Shown piece after piece: positions 8,126-18,671 of a stretch of DNA of 64,000 nt. The stretch is taken from the NCBI GenBank assembly GCA_016793095.1, contig JAEUJQ010000037.1, positions 12,244 through 76,243 of the forward strand. The letters run 5' to 3'. Numbering within the stretch: position 1 is the stretch's first letter; each line of letters begins with the position of its first letter. Origin of the DNA: Myxococcaceae bacterium (GTDB taxonomy: Bacteria > Myxococcota > Myxococcia > Myxococcales > Myxococcaceae). The notes beneath the pieces were generated by a model, which made no database searches, had not been told where the DNA came from, and saw only the letters and a program-made list of their open reading frames with translations. A program made the position numbers and the translations under genes.

Positions 8126-9526
8126 TTGATGCGCTGGCTCGTCAGTCTCACCCTGCTCTCGTCCGCCTGCGGCGTGACGCCGACCGGCGAAGTCCCCACG
8201 ACGTCTTCCTCACAGGGACTCGAGGCGGTGACGGGCTTCGGTTCGAACCCGGGCAACCTGCTGATGTATCGCTTCGTGCCTGTGGGCCTGCCACGGGGTC
8301 GCCCGCTCGTGGTGCTCCTGCACGGGTGCGGAGAGACCGCCACCAGCTTCTCGACGTCGAGCGGCTTCGAGGCGTTGGCGACGCAGCGACAGGTCGCGCT
8401 GCTGCTGCCGCAGCAGCAGTTCATCAACAACGTGCAGACCTGCTTCAACTGGTTCGATGCAGCGAACCAGACCCGGAACGCCGGCGAGATGCTGTCCATC
8501 TCGCAGATGGTGGACCGCATGGTGACTGATCAGGGCTCTGACCCACAGCGCGTCTACGTAGCCGGCTTCTCGGCTGGAGCCGCGGCCGCGGCGAACGTGC
8601 TCGCGACGATGCCGGACCGCTTCCGCGCTGGCGCCATCGCCGCTGGCATCGCGTTCAAGTGCACCGAGTCTCTGGCCGGTTCGACTGCCTGCCTCAACGG
8701 CGCCATGCCGACCAACCCCGATGGCGGCGCGCGAACCCCCGCCGAGCGCGCGGCTCTCGTGCGCGCGGCCTTCCCCTCTTACCCGGGCCCGCCGCCCCGG
8801 GTGTCCCTCTGGCACGGCCTGTCGGACGTCTTCGTCGCTCCCGTCAACTCGCAGCAGTCGATGCAGCAGTGGACGGCGGTGCACGGCATCGACCAGACCG
8901 CCGACGGGACGAGCGTCATCTCGAGTGGCGGGACTCGAAGCGTCTTTCGCGCGGCGGCTGGAAGCGACGCGCTCGTCGAGCTGAACGAGGTGCCCGCGCT
9001 TGGTCACTCCTGGCGCACCGCCTGGGCAGCAGACATCGCCGACTTCTTCGGCCTGCGGGTCGAGTCGGATGGCGGCGCAGGAGGCGGAGGGGCAGGAGGC
9101 GCAGCCGGTGGGACTGGCGGTGCGGCCGGTGGCGGTGCGGCGGGTGGCGGTGCGGCGGGTGGCGGTGCGGCCGGTGGCGGTGCTTCCGGTGGTGGTGCTT
9201 CCGGTGGTGCGGCCGGTGGCAGTGCGGCCGGTGGTGGTGCGGCTGGCGGTGGTGCGGCCGGCGGTGGTGCGGCTGGTGGCGGCGCGTCCGGTGGCGGCGC
9301 GTCCGGTGGCGGCGTGTCTGGTGGCGGCGTGTCCGGTGGCGGCGTGTCCGGTGGCGGCGTGGCTGGTGGCTCGTCCGGCGGCGGCTCGTCGACTCAGCCG
9401 ATGGGGTGTTCGAGCTGCAGCAGCGTGAACGCGCCTGGCCTCTTCGCGCTGGTCCTCCTCCTGAGGCGCAGGCGTTCCTCAGGGCAGGTCAGAGGGGCCA
9501 CGGGCCCGCTTCGATGCGCGCGATGA
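8126..9526 (+). CDS. PHB-depolymerase-family esterase lipoprotein with Gly-rich repeat and MYXO-CTERM-like tail
   Basis: Lipobox LLSSACG, an esterase core (VVLLHGCGE..GFSAGAA), a (AGGG/SGGG)n repeat, then GCSSCSS plus a hydrophobic stretch and RRRR. Confidence 0.7.
   Translation: MMRWLVSLTLLSSACGVTPTGEVPTTSSSQGLEAVTGFGSNPGNLLMYRFVPVGLPRGRPLVVLLHGCGETATSFSTSSGFEALATQRQVALLLPQQQFINNVQTCFNWFDAANQTRNAGEMLSISQMVDRMVTDQGSDPQRVYVAGFSAGAAAAANVLATMPDRFRAGAIAAGIAFKCTESLAGSTACLNGAMPTNPDGGARTPAERAALVRAAFPSYPGPPPRVSLWHGLSDVFVAPVNSQQSMQQWTAVHGIDQTADGTSVISSGGTRSVFRAAAGSDALVELNEVPALGHSWRTAWAADIADFFGLRVESDGGAGGGGAGGAAGGTGGAAGGGAAGGGAAGGGAAGGGASGGGASGGAAGGSAAGGGAAGGGAAGGGAAGGGASGGGASGGGVSGGGVSGGGVSGGGVAGGSSGGGSSTQPMGCSSCSSVNAPGLFALVLLLRRRRSSGQVRGATGPLRCAR
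9060..9400 (+). repeat. (GGN)n / 15-bp tandem repeat encoding Gly-rich linker
   Basis: Repeated ggtggcggtgcggc(c/g)ggt units. Confidence 0.7.
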
Positions 9527-9803
9527 GCTCGTCCAGGCTCGCGGCCTCGTAGACGATGGCGCCGGTCGGCTCGCTCAACTGCTCGGCGTGCTCGGGCATG
9601 AACAGGCCGTGCTCCTTCAGGTAGGCGTCGGCCTTCGCCCGCTCGAGCACGAGGCGCCGCACTCGCAGCTTCCCTTCCTCCAGCACCACGCCGTGCGTCC
9701 AATGATGGGCGCCGAGCCCCACCCGCGCCCCACCGTCCGCACGCCAGGAACGCCGCAGCCGCTGCACGAACTCCGCCTTCGTCTCGAGCGCACGAGGAGC
9801 CAT
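9489..9803 (-). CDS. hypothetical small protein
   Basis: About 105-aa frame from the internal Met MAPRALE. It is divergent from the ceramidase gene. No domain recognised. Confidence 0.3.
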   Translation of the reverse strand: MAPRALETKAEFVQRLRRSWRADGGARVGLGAHHWTHGVVLEEGKLRVRRLVLERAKADAYLKEHGLFMPEHAEQLSEPTGAIVYEAASLDELIARIEAGPWPL

Positions 9804-9882
9804 GGGCACGACGCTCTCGTATTCGCGAACCCGATGCACCGTTCGTTTTCCGGCGGTCACGTTGACGACGCAAACCAGACAG

Positions 9883-10597
9883 ATGACACCGCTCACCATG
9901 GACCTGACCGGCTACCCCGAGCTCACCAACCCCGCCTGTCCGTGGACGCCGCTCCGCGAGTGGGGCGGCCTGCCGAACGTGAAGTGGTGCGAGGAGACGC
10001 TCTGCTCGTGGGTGGCCGAGCCGGCCAACACGTGGTCCAACGTCGCGTTCCTGGTGACGGCGCTGGTCCTCTTCCTGGTGACCCGCAAGGAGACGAGCCG
10101 CACCGAGCGCTTCTGGCCCACCGCCACGTTCTGGGTCGGGGTCTCGTCCCTCGTGTACCACGCGTCGGTCACCTTCGTGCTGCAGGTGTTCGACTTCTTC
10201 GGCATGTATTTCTTCTTCGGGCTGGTGCTGCTCCTCAACCTGGTCCGCCTCGAGGTGCTCGCGAAGGAGCGCCTCTTCAAGGTGCTGTGGATCAGCATCA
10301 TCGGGCTGACCGTCTTCACGGTGGTGGTGGCGAAGGTGGGCCTGCCGGTGCAGGGCATCATCTTCGTCATGCTGCTGGGCGGCGTCGCGACCGAGGTGCT
10401 CGCGACGGTGAAGCGCAAGACGCAGGTGCGCTGGTTCCTGCTGGCCCTCGTCACCATCGTCGTCGCGGCCGGCTTCTCGGGCTCTGACGTCTCGCGGCGC
10501 TGGTGTGACCCGCACGACCACGTCTTTCAGGGCCACGCCATCTGGCACGTGCTCAACGCGGTCGGCATCGGGCTCGCCTTCGTGCACTACCGCCAGT

Positions 10598-10617
<20 letters not shown>
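9883..10617 (+). CDS. ceramidase-family (alkaline ceramidase/CREST-like) integral membrane hydrolase
   Basis: Seven hydrophobic segments and the HAIWH motif near the C-terminus are typical of ceramidase/haemolysin-III-type hydrolases. The exact start is uncertain. Confidence 0.6.
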
Positions 10618-11440
<823 letters not shown>

Positions 11441-11463
11441 GGCTCAGGCTTCTATGCCACGGC

Positions 11464-11937
11464 TCACCAGACCTCGAACGACAAGCTGTCGTCGCTCCCG
11501 AACTCGACGAAGGTGCCGTCCACGCGGAACGCTCCCTCGGCGTCGCTGAGCACCACCACCCGTGCCCGGGTCCCCGTGGGGTAGCGCAGCTCGTAGCGCA
11601 GGTTGAACGTGCGCTCGCTGCTGAAGAGGTTGCGGCTCGACTGGATGATGAGCAGCTCGCGGCCCTGCAGGGGCCCACCCAGCTCGGCGCGGAGGCGGCG
11701 GTGGGCGTCCACGAACTGCTCGAGGCTGAGGCGCTGCCGGTAGGCCGCCGTCACGGAGCGCTCGAACGCCTCGGCAAAGTGCTCCGAGGCCACCAGCCGG
11801 CAGTACTGCTCGACGACGGTGGCGTCGAGCTCCCTCGCGTCAGCCTGCATGCGCCGGTGCCCGCGAACCGCGAGCACGAGCAGGCCGACGACGAGGAGCA
11901 CGACGGCGCCGATGATGACGGGGCGCCAGGAGTCCAT
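11464..11937 (-). CDS. membrane-anchored hypothetical protein
   Basis: N-terminal TM (VIIGAVVLLVVGLLVLAV) then a soluble domain. Confidence 0.45.
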   Translation of the reverse strand: MDSWRPVIIGAVVLLVVGLLVLAVRGHRRMQADARELDATVVEQYCRLVASEHFAEAFERSVTAAYRQRLSLEQFVDAHRRLRAELGGPLQGRELLIIQSSRNLFSSERTFNLRYELRYPTGTRARVVVLSDAEGAFRVDGTFVEFGSDDSLSFEVW

Positions 11938-11946
11938 GGCGAGCGG

Positions 11947-13239
11947 TCACTTCGGCGACTGCGCGCCGAACTCGGGGTGGGCGCCGAAGAGCTTGAGCGC
12001 CTCCTTCCACGGGTACCGGTTGGCGAACATGCTCACCTTCGTCGTGAGCTTGCCCTGCTTGTTGAGCCCCATCGCCTCGCGGAACTGGTTCGCAGCCGAG
12101 TTCGGGTCGTAGTCAGCCTTCTCCGAGTAGCTCGCCGAGAGGTAGCCCTCGAGGTACGCCTTGTCGATGGGCAGCTTCGGGATCAGCTCCTGATTGCCTT
12201 GCGCGCTGGCGAGGCCGAGGTCGCCGAAGTCCTTCACCTTCACGCGCTCGAGCTGCACGTTGCCCGCCTCGCTGAACGTCAGGTCCGACTGCTTGCTGCC
12301 GAAGAAGACGTTCTTGTCGAGCTTGACCCACTCGCCCTTGTTGAACCGCGTGTGGTCCACCGCCGAGAAGACGCTGCCGCCGATGATGTTGTGGTGAATG
12401 TCGTAGCCGAGGTTCGTCATCACCCGCACGCCGTAGCCCATGTCCTGGAAGTCCTTCACGCGGCTCCAGGTGAAGAGGATGGTGTTGTTGGCGACCTCGA
12501 CCTCTCCGTCCTTCTCGGTCGGGCCTTTGGGGCCCTTCTTGCCGCCGGTGCCGTACACCTCGATGGCGGCCATGCGGTTCGCGACGAAGACGTTGTTGAC
12601 GATCTTGAACGTGCCCTGCTTGTGGCCTGCCTGCACCGCGAAGTTCGCGCAGTTCACGAACACGTTGTTCACCAGCTCGACGTCGCCGGCCGAGGCGGCG
12701 GTCTCGACCGTGAGGCACGGCTCGGTGACGGTGGGGGCGTCTTCGCCGGACTTCTCGGGCGGAATGAGCATCAGCCCCGTCTCCACGCCCTCGGGCTTGC
12801 CCTCGGCCTTGTGGTACGAGTTGCGCGCTCCGGCGTCGAAGATGAAGCCATCGACCTTGAGCAGGTTCCCCTTCTTGCTCGAGGTGAGCGTCAGCAGCGG
12901 CTTGCGCGACTTGCCGGCGCTCTCGTTGGTCGGCTGGATGAGCGTCGGCTGACCCAGCACGTCACGCTTGCTGAAGGCGTCGTCGTAGCCTCCGAGCAGG
13001 GTGACGGGCTCCTTGAGCTCGATGTAGCCCTTGCCGCGCACGCCGAAGTAGTTGCCCGCCGCGACGTGCAGCGTGTCGCCTGGCTTCGCCTTGCTGGCCG
13101 CGACGTCGAGGTCCTTGAACGGCGCCTCCTTCGTGCCCGCGGCCCCGTTGTCGCCCCGAGCGGCCGAGACGTACAGGTCAGCGGCGAACACCTGAAGGGG
13201 CAACGTCAGCAGCGCGGTGGTGAGGCTTGCACGGAACAT
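11947..13239 (-). CDS. secreted right-handed beta-helix (pectate-lyase-fold) protein
   Basis: Signal peptide MFRASLTTALLTLPLQVFA. Repetitive N/V/G-rich beta-helix-like segments (VNNVFVNCANF, IVNNVFVAN). Confidence 0.6.
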   Translation of the reverse strand: MFRASLTTALLTLPLQVFAADLYVSAARGDNGAAGTKEAPFKDLDVAASKAKPGDTLHVAAGNYFGVRGKGYIELKEPVTLLGGYDDAFSKRDVLGQPTLIQPTNESAGKSRKPLLTLTSSKKGNLLKVDGFIFDAGARNSYHKAEGKPEGVETGLMLIPPEKSGEDAPTVTEPCLTVETAASAGDVELVNNVFVNCANFAVQAGHKQGTFKIVNNVFVANRMAAIEVYGTGGKKGPKGPTEKDGEVEVANNTILFTWSRVKDFQDMGYGVRVMTNLGYDIHHNIIGGSVFSAVDHTRFNKGEWVKLDKNVFFGSKQSDLTFSEAGNVQLERVKVKDFGDLGLASAQGNQELIPKLPIDKAYLEGYLSASYSEKADYDPNSAANQFREAMGLNKQGKLTTKVSMFANRYPWKEALKLFGAHPEFGAQSPK

Positions 13240-13430
13240 GGAGTCTCCCTGTGCGCGCGGCCATGAGTGGAGCTGCGTGTGCTGAACTCCCCGGCCCGCT
13301 GCCGCGCGTTCCCGGACCGGAGGACTTCAACTCCCGAACACACGCCGTGGCCTTACCGCTGCTTCAGCCGGGTGTCCGCTGACGCGCGAGCGCCGAACCG
13401 CGAGACGACAAGCCGGGCTGATGGCAACCG

Positions 13431-15134
13431 TCAGGCCGCGCCCTCTGCGATGCCACGGTAATGCTCGATGCGGTGGAGCAGCGCCTTGAGCGTCTGCAGG
13501 CTCACCGGCTTCGTCAGGCAGTCGTTCATGCCCGCGCGCTTGCAGGCCTCGAGCTCTTCGGGCATCGCGGAGGCGGTGAGCGCCACGATGGGCAACATCG
13601 CCGCGTCGCTGTCGAGGCCCCGGATTCGCTCGGTCGCCTCGAAGCCGTCCATCACCGGCATGTGGCAGTCCATCAACACCAGCAGGTAGTCCCCGCTCGT
13701 CACCTTCTCGATCGCCTCGGCGCCGTTGGTGGCGCGCTCGGTGCGATAGCCCGCCTTCTCAACGAGGCTGCAGGCCACCTTCAGGTTGATGTGGTTGTCA
13801 TCCACCACCAGCACCGGAAGATCCGTACGCCGGGCCGGCGCCGCGTCTTCGATGGGCTGCTGCGCGAGCGCGAACACGCCGGTCTCGAAGGGCAGCTCGA
13901 ACGAGAACCGGGACCCGACCTGCGGGACCGACTCGACCGCGATCTCCCCGCCCATGAGGCGCACGAGGTTCTGTGAGAGCGCGAGGCCGAGGCCCGTTCC
14001 CCCGTATCGCCGCGTCGTCGAGCTGTCGGCCTGCTCGAAGGGCTTGAACAGCCGGGGCAGCGCGTTCGGGGCGATGCCGACACCCGTGTCGGCGACCACG
14101 AAGCGGATCCAGTGGGCCGCGCCGACCCTGCCGCGCACCTCCTCGACCGACAGCCGCACCTCGCCCCGCTCGGTGAACTTCACGGCGTTCGAGACGAGGT
14201 TCGTCAGCACCTGGCGCAACCGGAAGGCGTCCCCGCGCACCACCGTCGGCAGCGACGAGTCGAAGGTGACCGTCAACCCCAGGCCCTTCAGCTTCGCGGT
14301 GGCCCGCTGCAGACCCGAGGCGTCATCGACCAGCAGCCGCAGGTCGAAGTCCGTGGGCTCGGCCTTGAGGCGACCAGCTTCGATCTTCGAGAAGTCGAGC
14401 AGGTCGTTCACCAGCGAGACCAGCGTGTGCCCGCTCTGCCGCACGAGGGTGAGCTTCTCGCGCGTCTCGAGGTCCAGCGGGCCGGCGAGCAACAGCTCGG
14501 TGATGCCCAGCACGCCGTTCATCGGCGTGCGGATCTCGTGCGACATGGTGGCGAGGAAGGCGGACTTGGCGCGGCTCGCGTTCTCGAGCGTGGCGAGCGA
14601 GATGGAGCGGTCGATGGCGAACCGCAGCCCGAAGAGGAAGACGGTGACGAGGAGCGCCAGCACACGCGCGAACGACACCCACGGGTCGGGCGCCACCACG
14701 GGCAGCCCGGCCCGCGCCCACATCATCAAGGCCGCCGCCGCGACGGAGACGGCCAGCGCTGCCACGGCGTGCCTCGGGTCGAGCACCAGGGCTGCGACGA
14801 AGGGGACGATGACGACCCAGGCCATCACCGCCGGGTCGAACGCCGGCTCGAGGCCCGCGGGCAGTCCGAACAACGCCAGGCACACCAGGATGCCCGCCCA
14901 CGTCACGGGGACGTGAGAGCGCACGAACCGCAGGGACAGCAGGCACAGGCCGAGGCCGAGCGCCCCGGCCGCGGTGATGAGCGCCTCGCGCGGCCGGTCC
15001 AGCAGCCAATACGCGATCGCGAAACCCGTCGCGATGGGGAAGCCGACCGCGAGCTGCTCCACGAGGAACCGCGCCTTCACCTCCTGGGCAGATCCTCTCA
15101 ACGCAGGACTGAGGAAGCGCTCCACCCAACGCAT
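13431..15134 (-). CDS. hybrid sensor histidine kinase/response regulator (multi-TM sensor)
   Basis: HisKA H-box [14 protein letters not shown], HATPase G-boxes and a C-terminal receiver ([22 protein letters not shown]). Confidence 0.85.
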   Translation of the reverse strand: MRWVERFLSPALRGSAQEVKARFLVEQLAVGFPIATGFAIAYWLLDRPREALITAAGALGLGLCLLSLRFVRSHVPVTWAGILVCLALFGLPAGLEPAFDPAVMAWVVIVPFVAALVLDPRHAVAALAVSVAAAALMMWARAGLPVVAPDPWVSFARVLALLVTVFLFGLRFAIDRSISLATLENASRAKSAFLATMSHEIRTPMNGVLGITELLLAGPLDLETREKLTLVRQSGHTLVSLVNDLLDFSKIEAGRLKAEPTDFDLRLLVDDASGLQRATAKLKGLGLTVTFDSSLPTVVRGDAFRLRQVLTNLVSNAVKFTERGEVRLSVEEVRGRVGAAHWIRFVVADTGVGIAPNALPRLFKPFEQADSSTTRRYGGTGLGLALSQNLVRLMGGEIAVESVPQVGSRFSFELPFETGVFALAQQPIEDAAPARRTDLPVLVVDDNHINLKVACSLVEKAGYRTERATNGAEAIEKVTSGDYLLVLMDCHMPVMDGFEATERIRGLDSDAAMLPIVALTASAMPEELEACKRAGMNDCLTKPVSLQTLKALLHRIEHYRGIAEGAA

Positions 15135-15307
15135 GCTCGGGAAACCCTAACAGCCACGGCTTCGCGTGGCAGGGCGGGGCAACAGTGACCCAGGGCCGCT
15201 CACGTGGCGTGGGCGGCGGACACTGGAGGTGAGTCGTCGCTGAGAATGCGAAGGCTGATGGCCAGCCGGCACCGGGGTGCGGCGGCTCGCGATTCGGAGT
15301 GGGGCGC

Positions 15308-15844
15308 TCAGGCGCTGGGCGGCTTCCGTGAGAGGTCGGTGACGAACTGCTGGGCGAGGGCCTGGTGCTTCGCGTCGTCCAGCTTCTCGGCGATGAGCTT
15401 CTCGGCCACCTGGAGCGACAACTGGACGGCCTGGGCCTTGATGTCGGCGACGGCCTTCACGCGCTCCTCTTCGATGGTGCGGCGGGCCTCGGCCTTCAGG
15501 TCGTCGGCCTCCTTGCGCGCCTTGCCCATCAGGTCCTCGCGGAACTTCTCGAGGTCAGCCTGCGTCTTCCGCACCTGCTCGGCGGCCTCCTGACGGGCCT
15601 GCGCGACGGCGCTCTTCTGCTCCCCGAGCAGCTTCTCGGCCTCGCTGCGCTCGCGCTTGGCCGACTCGATGGCGTTGATGATGTTCTTCTCTCGATCCTC
15701 GACGGACTTGAGCAGCGGGCCCCACGCCACGCGCTTGAGGATGAACAGGACCACGATGAAGGTGATCCACGTCCAGATGATCAGGCCGGGCTTGACGTCG
15801 GTGAAGCTGCTGGCGAGCACGAGAGTGTTCATGGGAAGGCTCAA
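15308..15844 (-). CDS. atpF: F0F1 ATP synthase subunit b
   Basis: Single N-terminal TM then a long charged coiled coil. Its position after atpE is as expected. Confidence 0.85.
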   Translation of the reverse strand: MSLPMNTLVLASSFTDVKPGLIIWTWITFIVVLFILKRVAWGPLLKSVEDREKNIINAIESAKRERSEAEKLLGEQKSAVAQARQEAAEQVRKTQADLEKFREDLMGKARKEADDLKAEARRTIEEERVKAVADIKAQAVQLSLQVAEKLIAEKLDDAKHQALAQQFVTDLSRKPPSA

Positions 15845-15944
15845 AGACTCCGGGAGGTGCGGCGGTGCTGCGGGTGCTGCGGTGTTGCCTGCTGCGGCGA
15901 GCTCCGGAGCGCCGTCACCGACGCCCCGGAGTCGTCCCCGACGC

Positions 15945-16175
15945 TTACGACTTGAGCGCGAGGAGGATGCAGATCACGAGGGCGAAGAACGTCGCGCCTT
16001 CGATGAGACCGGCGGCGACGATCATCGCGCCGCGAATGTCACCACCGGCGGACGGCTGGCGGGCGATGCCCTCCATGGCCGAGCCGGCGAGCCGACCGAT
16101 GCCGAGACCTGCGCCGATGATGCAGAGGCCGGCGCCGATGCCAGCCGAGAGGAATGCCAGAGCGATGGACGTCAT
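15945..16175 (-). CDS. atpE: F0F1 ATP synthase subunit c
   Basis: 76-aa hairpin proteolipid with GAGLGIG and the conserved carboxylate helix. Confidence 0.9.
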   Translation of the reverse strand: MTSIALAFLSAGIGAGLCIIGAGLGIGRLAGSAMEGIARQPSAGGDIRGAMIVAAGLIEGATFFALVICILLALKS

Positions 16176-16290
16176 GTGAGTTCAACCTTCTTTCGACTGC
16201 GGGGCTCGCTTCTCGGGGGAGCCAATCAACTGTCCCATCGGTACGACCTCCAGCACGGCACCGTTGCCGTGGGGTGCTGACACGCGCCGC

Positions 16291-17355
16291 TCAGTGGTGA
16301 GCGTCACCGCCCTCGGGGTGGTGATGGTGGCCCAGCGCGACGCCCTGGCCGATGAACAGCGCGGTCAGGAGCGTGAAGATGTACGCCTGCAGCAGCGCGA
16401 CGAAGAGCTCGAGCAGGTAGAGGCCCGTCGCCAGCGGCACGCTCACCACCGCCGCACCGAGGTGCACGACGAAGATGAGCGAGAGGATGAAGAAGAGCAC
16501 CATGTGCCCGGCGAGCATGTTCGCGAAGAGACGAACGAGCAGCGCGAAGGGCTTGGTGAAGAGGCCGAGGAACTCGACCAGGAACATGAGCGGCTTCATC
16601 CACGTCGGCACGTCGCCGAAGAGGTGCGCGAAGAAGCCGACGACGCCCGCCGACCGGATGCCCGCCACCTGCGTCATGATGAAGGTGACGATGGACAGCG
16701 CGATGGTGACGCCCAGCACGCCGGTCGCGGTGAAGAACCCGGGGATGAGGCCCAGGTAGTTGGTGCACATCACGAAGAAGAAGACCGAGGCCAGGTACGG
16801 CGTGTACTTCGGGCCCTCCTCCTTGCCGATGTTCGCGATCGCGATCTCGTCGCGCACGAAGAGCAGCAGCGTCTCGACGATGTTCGCGAACACGCCCCGC
16901 GGCACGCCGTTCTGGTCGCGGGAGCGCCCCAGGAAGAGGATGAGCGCCAGCAGCCCCATCGCGATCCACATGCTGAGCACGGCCTTGGTGGGCCTCAGAT
17001 CCCAGCAGCCGTTCATGAACTTGAAGATGCTGGCGAACGCTTCCTGGCTCTTCTCCACCGGCCGCGTGCAGGCGCCGGGCTCGCGCTCGATGAAGAGGCC
17101 CTGGCCGGGCTCCTTGCCGAACAGCTCGGCGATGTGAATCGGCGGCAGGTGCACGAACGGCAGCTCGAACTCGAACTCGGTGTCGTCGGCGACGTGGTGG
17201 AGGATGAACTCGGACGACTCGCTCGCCTTGTCCTTCGGCTGGCCGTGGGCGTCACCGTGCCCGGCCTCGTCGTGCCCGCCGCTCGAGGCGAACGCCGGCA
17301 ACGCCAGGACCGTGAGGGTGGTGGCCGCGACGACGAGGGTCCACACGCGCTTCAT
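16291..17355 (-). CDS. atpB: F0F1 ATP synthase subunit a
   Basis: C-terminal conserved region LRLFANMLAGH...LQAYIFTLL. Confidence 0.9.
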   Translation of the reverse strand: MKRVWTLVVAATTLTVLALPAFASSGGHDEAGHGDAHGQPKDKASESSEFILHHVADDTEFEFELPFVHLPPIHIAELFGKEPGQGLFIEREPGACTRPVEKSQEAFASIFKFMNGCWDLRPTKAVLSMWIAMGLLALILFLGRSRDQNGVPRGVFANIVETLLLFVRDEIAIANIGKEEGPKYTPYLASVFFFVMCTNYLGLIPGFFTATGVLGVTIALSIVTFIMTQVAGIRSAGVVGFFAHLFGDVPTWMKPLMFLVEFLGLFTKPFALLVRLFANMLAGHMVLFFILSLIFVVHLGAAVVSVPLATGLYLLELFVALLQAYIFTLLTALFIGQGVALGHHHHPEGGDAHH

Positions 17356-17750
17356 GACCGTGCCTCCACTGCGCTCGCGTGCCGGTTGGCCGCGAGCACG
17401 AACCGCATCTCGACGAGCTGCTGCACCACGTAGCAGGCGAAGAAGGCCAGCACGTAAGCGATGGGCTCGAGCCCGAACCGCTTCATCGCGAAGCCGCCCA
17501 CCAGCACCGCGAACAGCCGCAGCAGCAGCGTGACGACCTGCGCCGACAACAACTGCTTCACCCCAGCGGGCCCCGAGGGGAGCGACGCCGACGTGCGGGC
17601 CTTCTGCGCGAGCGCGAGGACTCCGAACACCGTCGACACCGCCGCCCCGGCGAGGGCCGCCAGCTCGAGCTCGCGGGCCAGGTTGAACGCGAAGACAAGG
17701 CCGGCGGCGAACAGGCCGGCCAGCGTCACCATCACCGCGCTCGACGACAT
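17352..17750 (-). CDS. atpI: ATP synthase protein I
   Basis: About 130-aa multi-TM protein immediately upstream of atpB, overlapping its start by 4 bp. The internal Met start was chosen. Confidence 0.55.
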   Translation of the reverse strand: MSSSAVMVTLAGLFAAGLVFAFNLARELELAALAGAAVSTVFGVLALAQKARTSASLPSGPAGVKQLLSAQVVTLLLRLFAVLVGGFAMKRFGLEPIAYVLAFFACYVVQQLVEMRFVLAANRHASAVEARS

Positions 17751-17758
17751 CGAAGGCT

Positions 17759-18004
17759 TCACTGCTTCTTCTCCAGGAGCTTCAGGGCCTGCCGGATGAA
17801 CGCCACGAACCCCAACGTGCTGCCCAGCAACCCACCCACCACCACGCCGTACTGCTTCGCCGACTCCAGCCACCGGTCCACGCCGTAGCCCACCAGCACG
17901 CCCACCAGCGCCGCGCCGACGAACTGCCACGTCGCGCTCAACCAGGGCGCCGCTGCGCGATATGCCCGCGCGACCGCCGACGCCTGATCTGCCGGTCCAC
18001 TCAA
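17759..18004 (-). CDS. atpZ: AtpZ/ATPase-gene-1-family small membrane protein
   Basis: 81 aa with two TM segments, upstream of atpI. Confidence 0.5.
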   Translation of the reverse strand: MSGPADQASAVARAYRAAAPWLSATWQFVGAALVGVLVGYGVDRWLESAKQYGVVVGGLLGSTLGFVAFIRQALKLLEKKQ

Positions 18005-18098
18005 ACCGGGGCGCGCGTACCAGAGTCAGGCAGCGCAGCAAGCGGAAAAGCGAGCCCCTGCCGGTGAGCCCCAAGCGCGGCTTCTCACCCCGTCAACG

Positions 18099-18470
18099 TC
18101 AGCCCAGCATGACGAAGCGGGTGCCGTTGAGGGCGCCGACGAAGAGGGCGCCGAGCACGAACTTCTCCCACCGCCAGCGCTCCTCCTCGTGCCAGCGGCG
18201 CAGCACCGTGAAGCCGGCGATGACGAGGCCACCCAGCAGCGGCCCGAGCCCCAGCCACGCCACCCGCAGCGCTCGCACGCCGATGAAGTGCTCGGGCAAC
18301 ACGAAGGCGCTGGCGACGCCCAGGCCGATGCCGACGAGCACCAGCGCGAACGCCCGCTGCACCACGCGCTCGGTGCGAGCGTCGAGGGCCGGGCTGTCGA
18401 ACAGGCCCACCACCGCGGCGAAGAGCACCTCGACGAGCAGCTCGAGCAGGACCTCGATGATCAGCTCCAT
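18099..18470 (-). CDS. hypothetical membrane protein
   Basis: About 124 aa with 3-4 TM segments, starting MELIIEVLLELLV. Confidence 0.35.
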   Translation of the reverse strand: MELIIEVLLELLVEVLFAAVVGLFDSPALDARTERVVQRAFALVLVGIGLGVASAFVLPEHFIGVRALRVAWLGLGPLLGGLVIAGFTVLRRWHEEERWRWEKFVLGALFVGALNGTRFVMLG

Positions 18471-18671
18471 GACGCTCCTTCTGCCACGAGATCGGTCACA
18501 CCACGTCGTCGAGCACCAGCCCGTCGCGCGTCGACCTCGACGGGACGCCATGACTCGAAGGCACCTGGTTCCAGGTGGCGGGCGGCGAAGACCTCGGGAG
18601 TCCGCGCTCCGCTTCGAGCACCACCTCGAAGAGGGTCCTGTCGCCGCGCTCCGTTGACGGAGCCACCCGTC

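Noticed and set aside
7290-9400. Possible CRISPR array suggested by regular tandem repeats
   Set aside because: Repeats are in-frame coding (RIO-kinase tail and Gly-linker of the esterase), multiples of 3, and have no unique spacers. No cas genes in the window.
11701-13266. 521-aa plus-strand ORF
   Set aside because: Antisense to the signal-peptide beta-helix gene. No domains.
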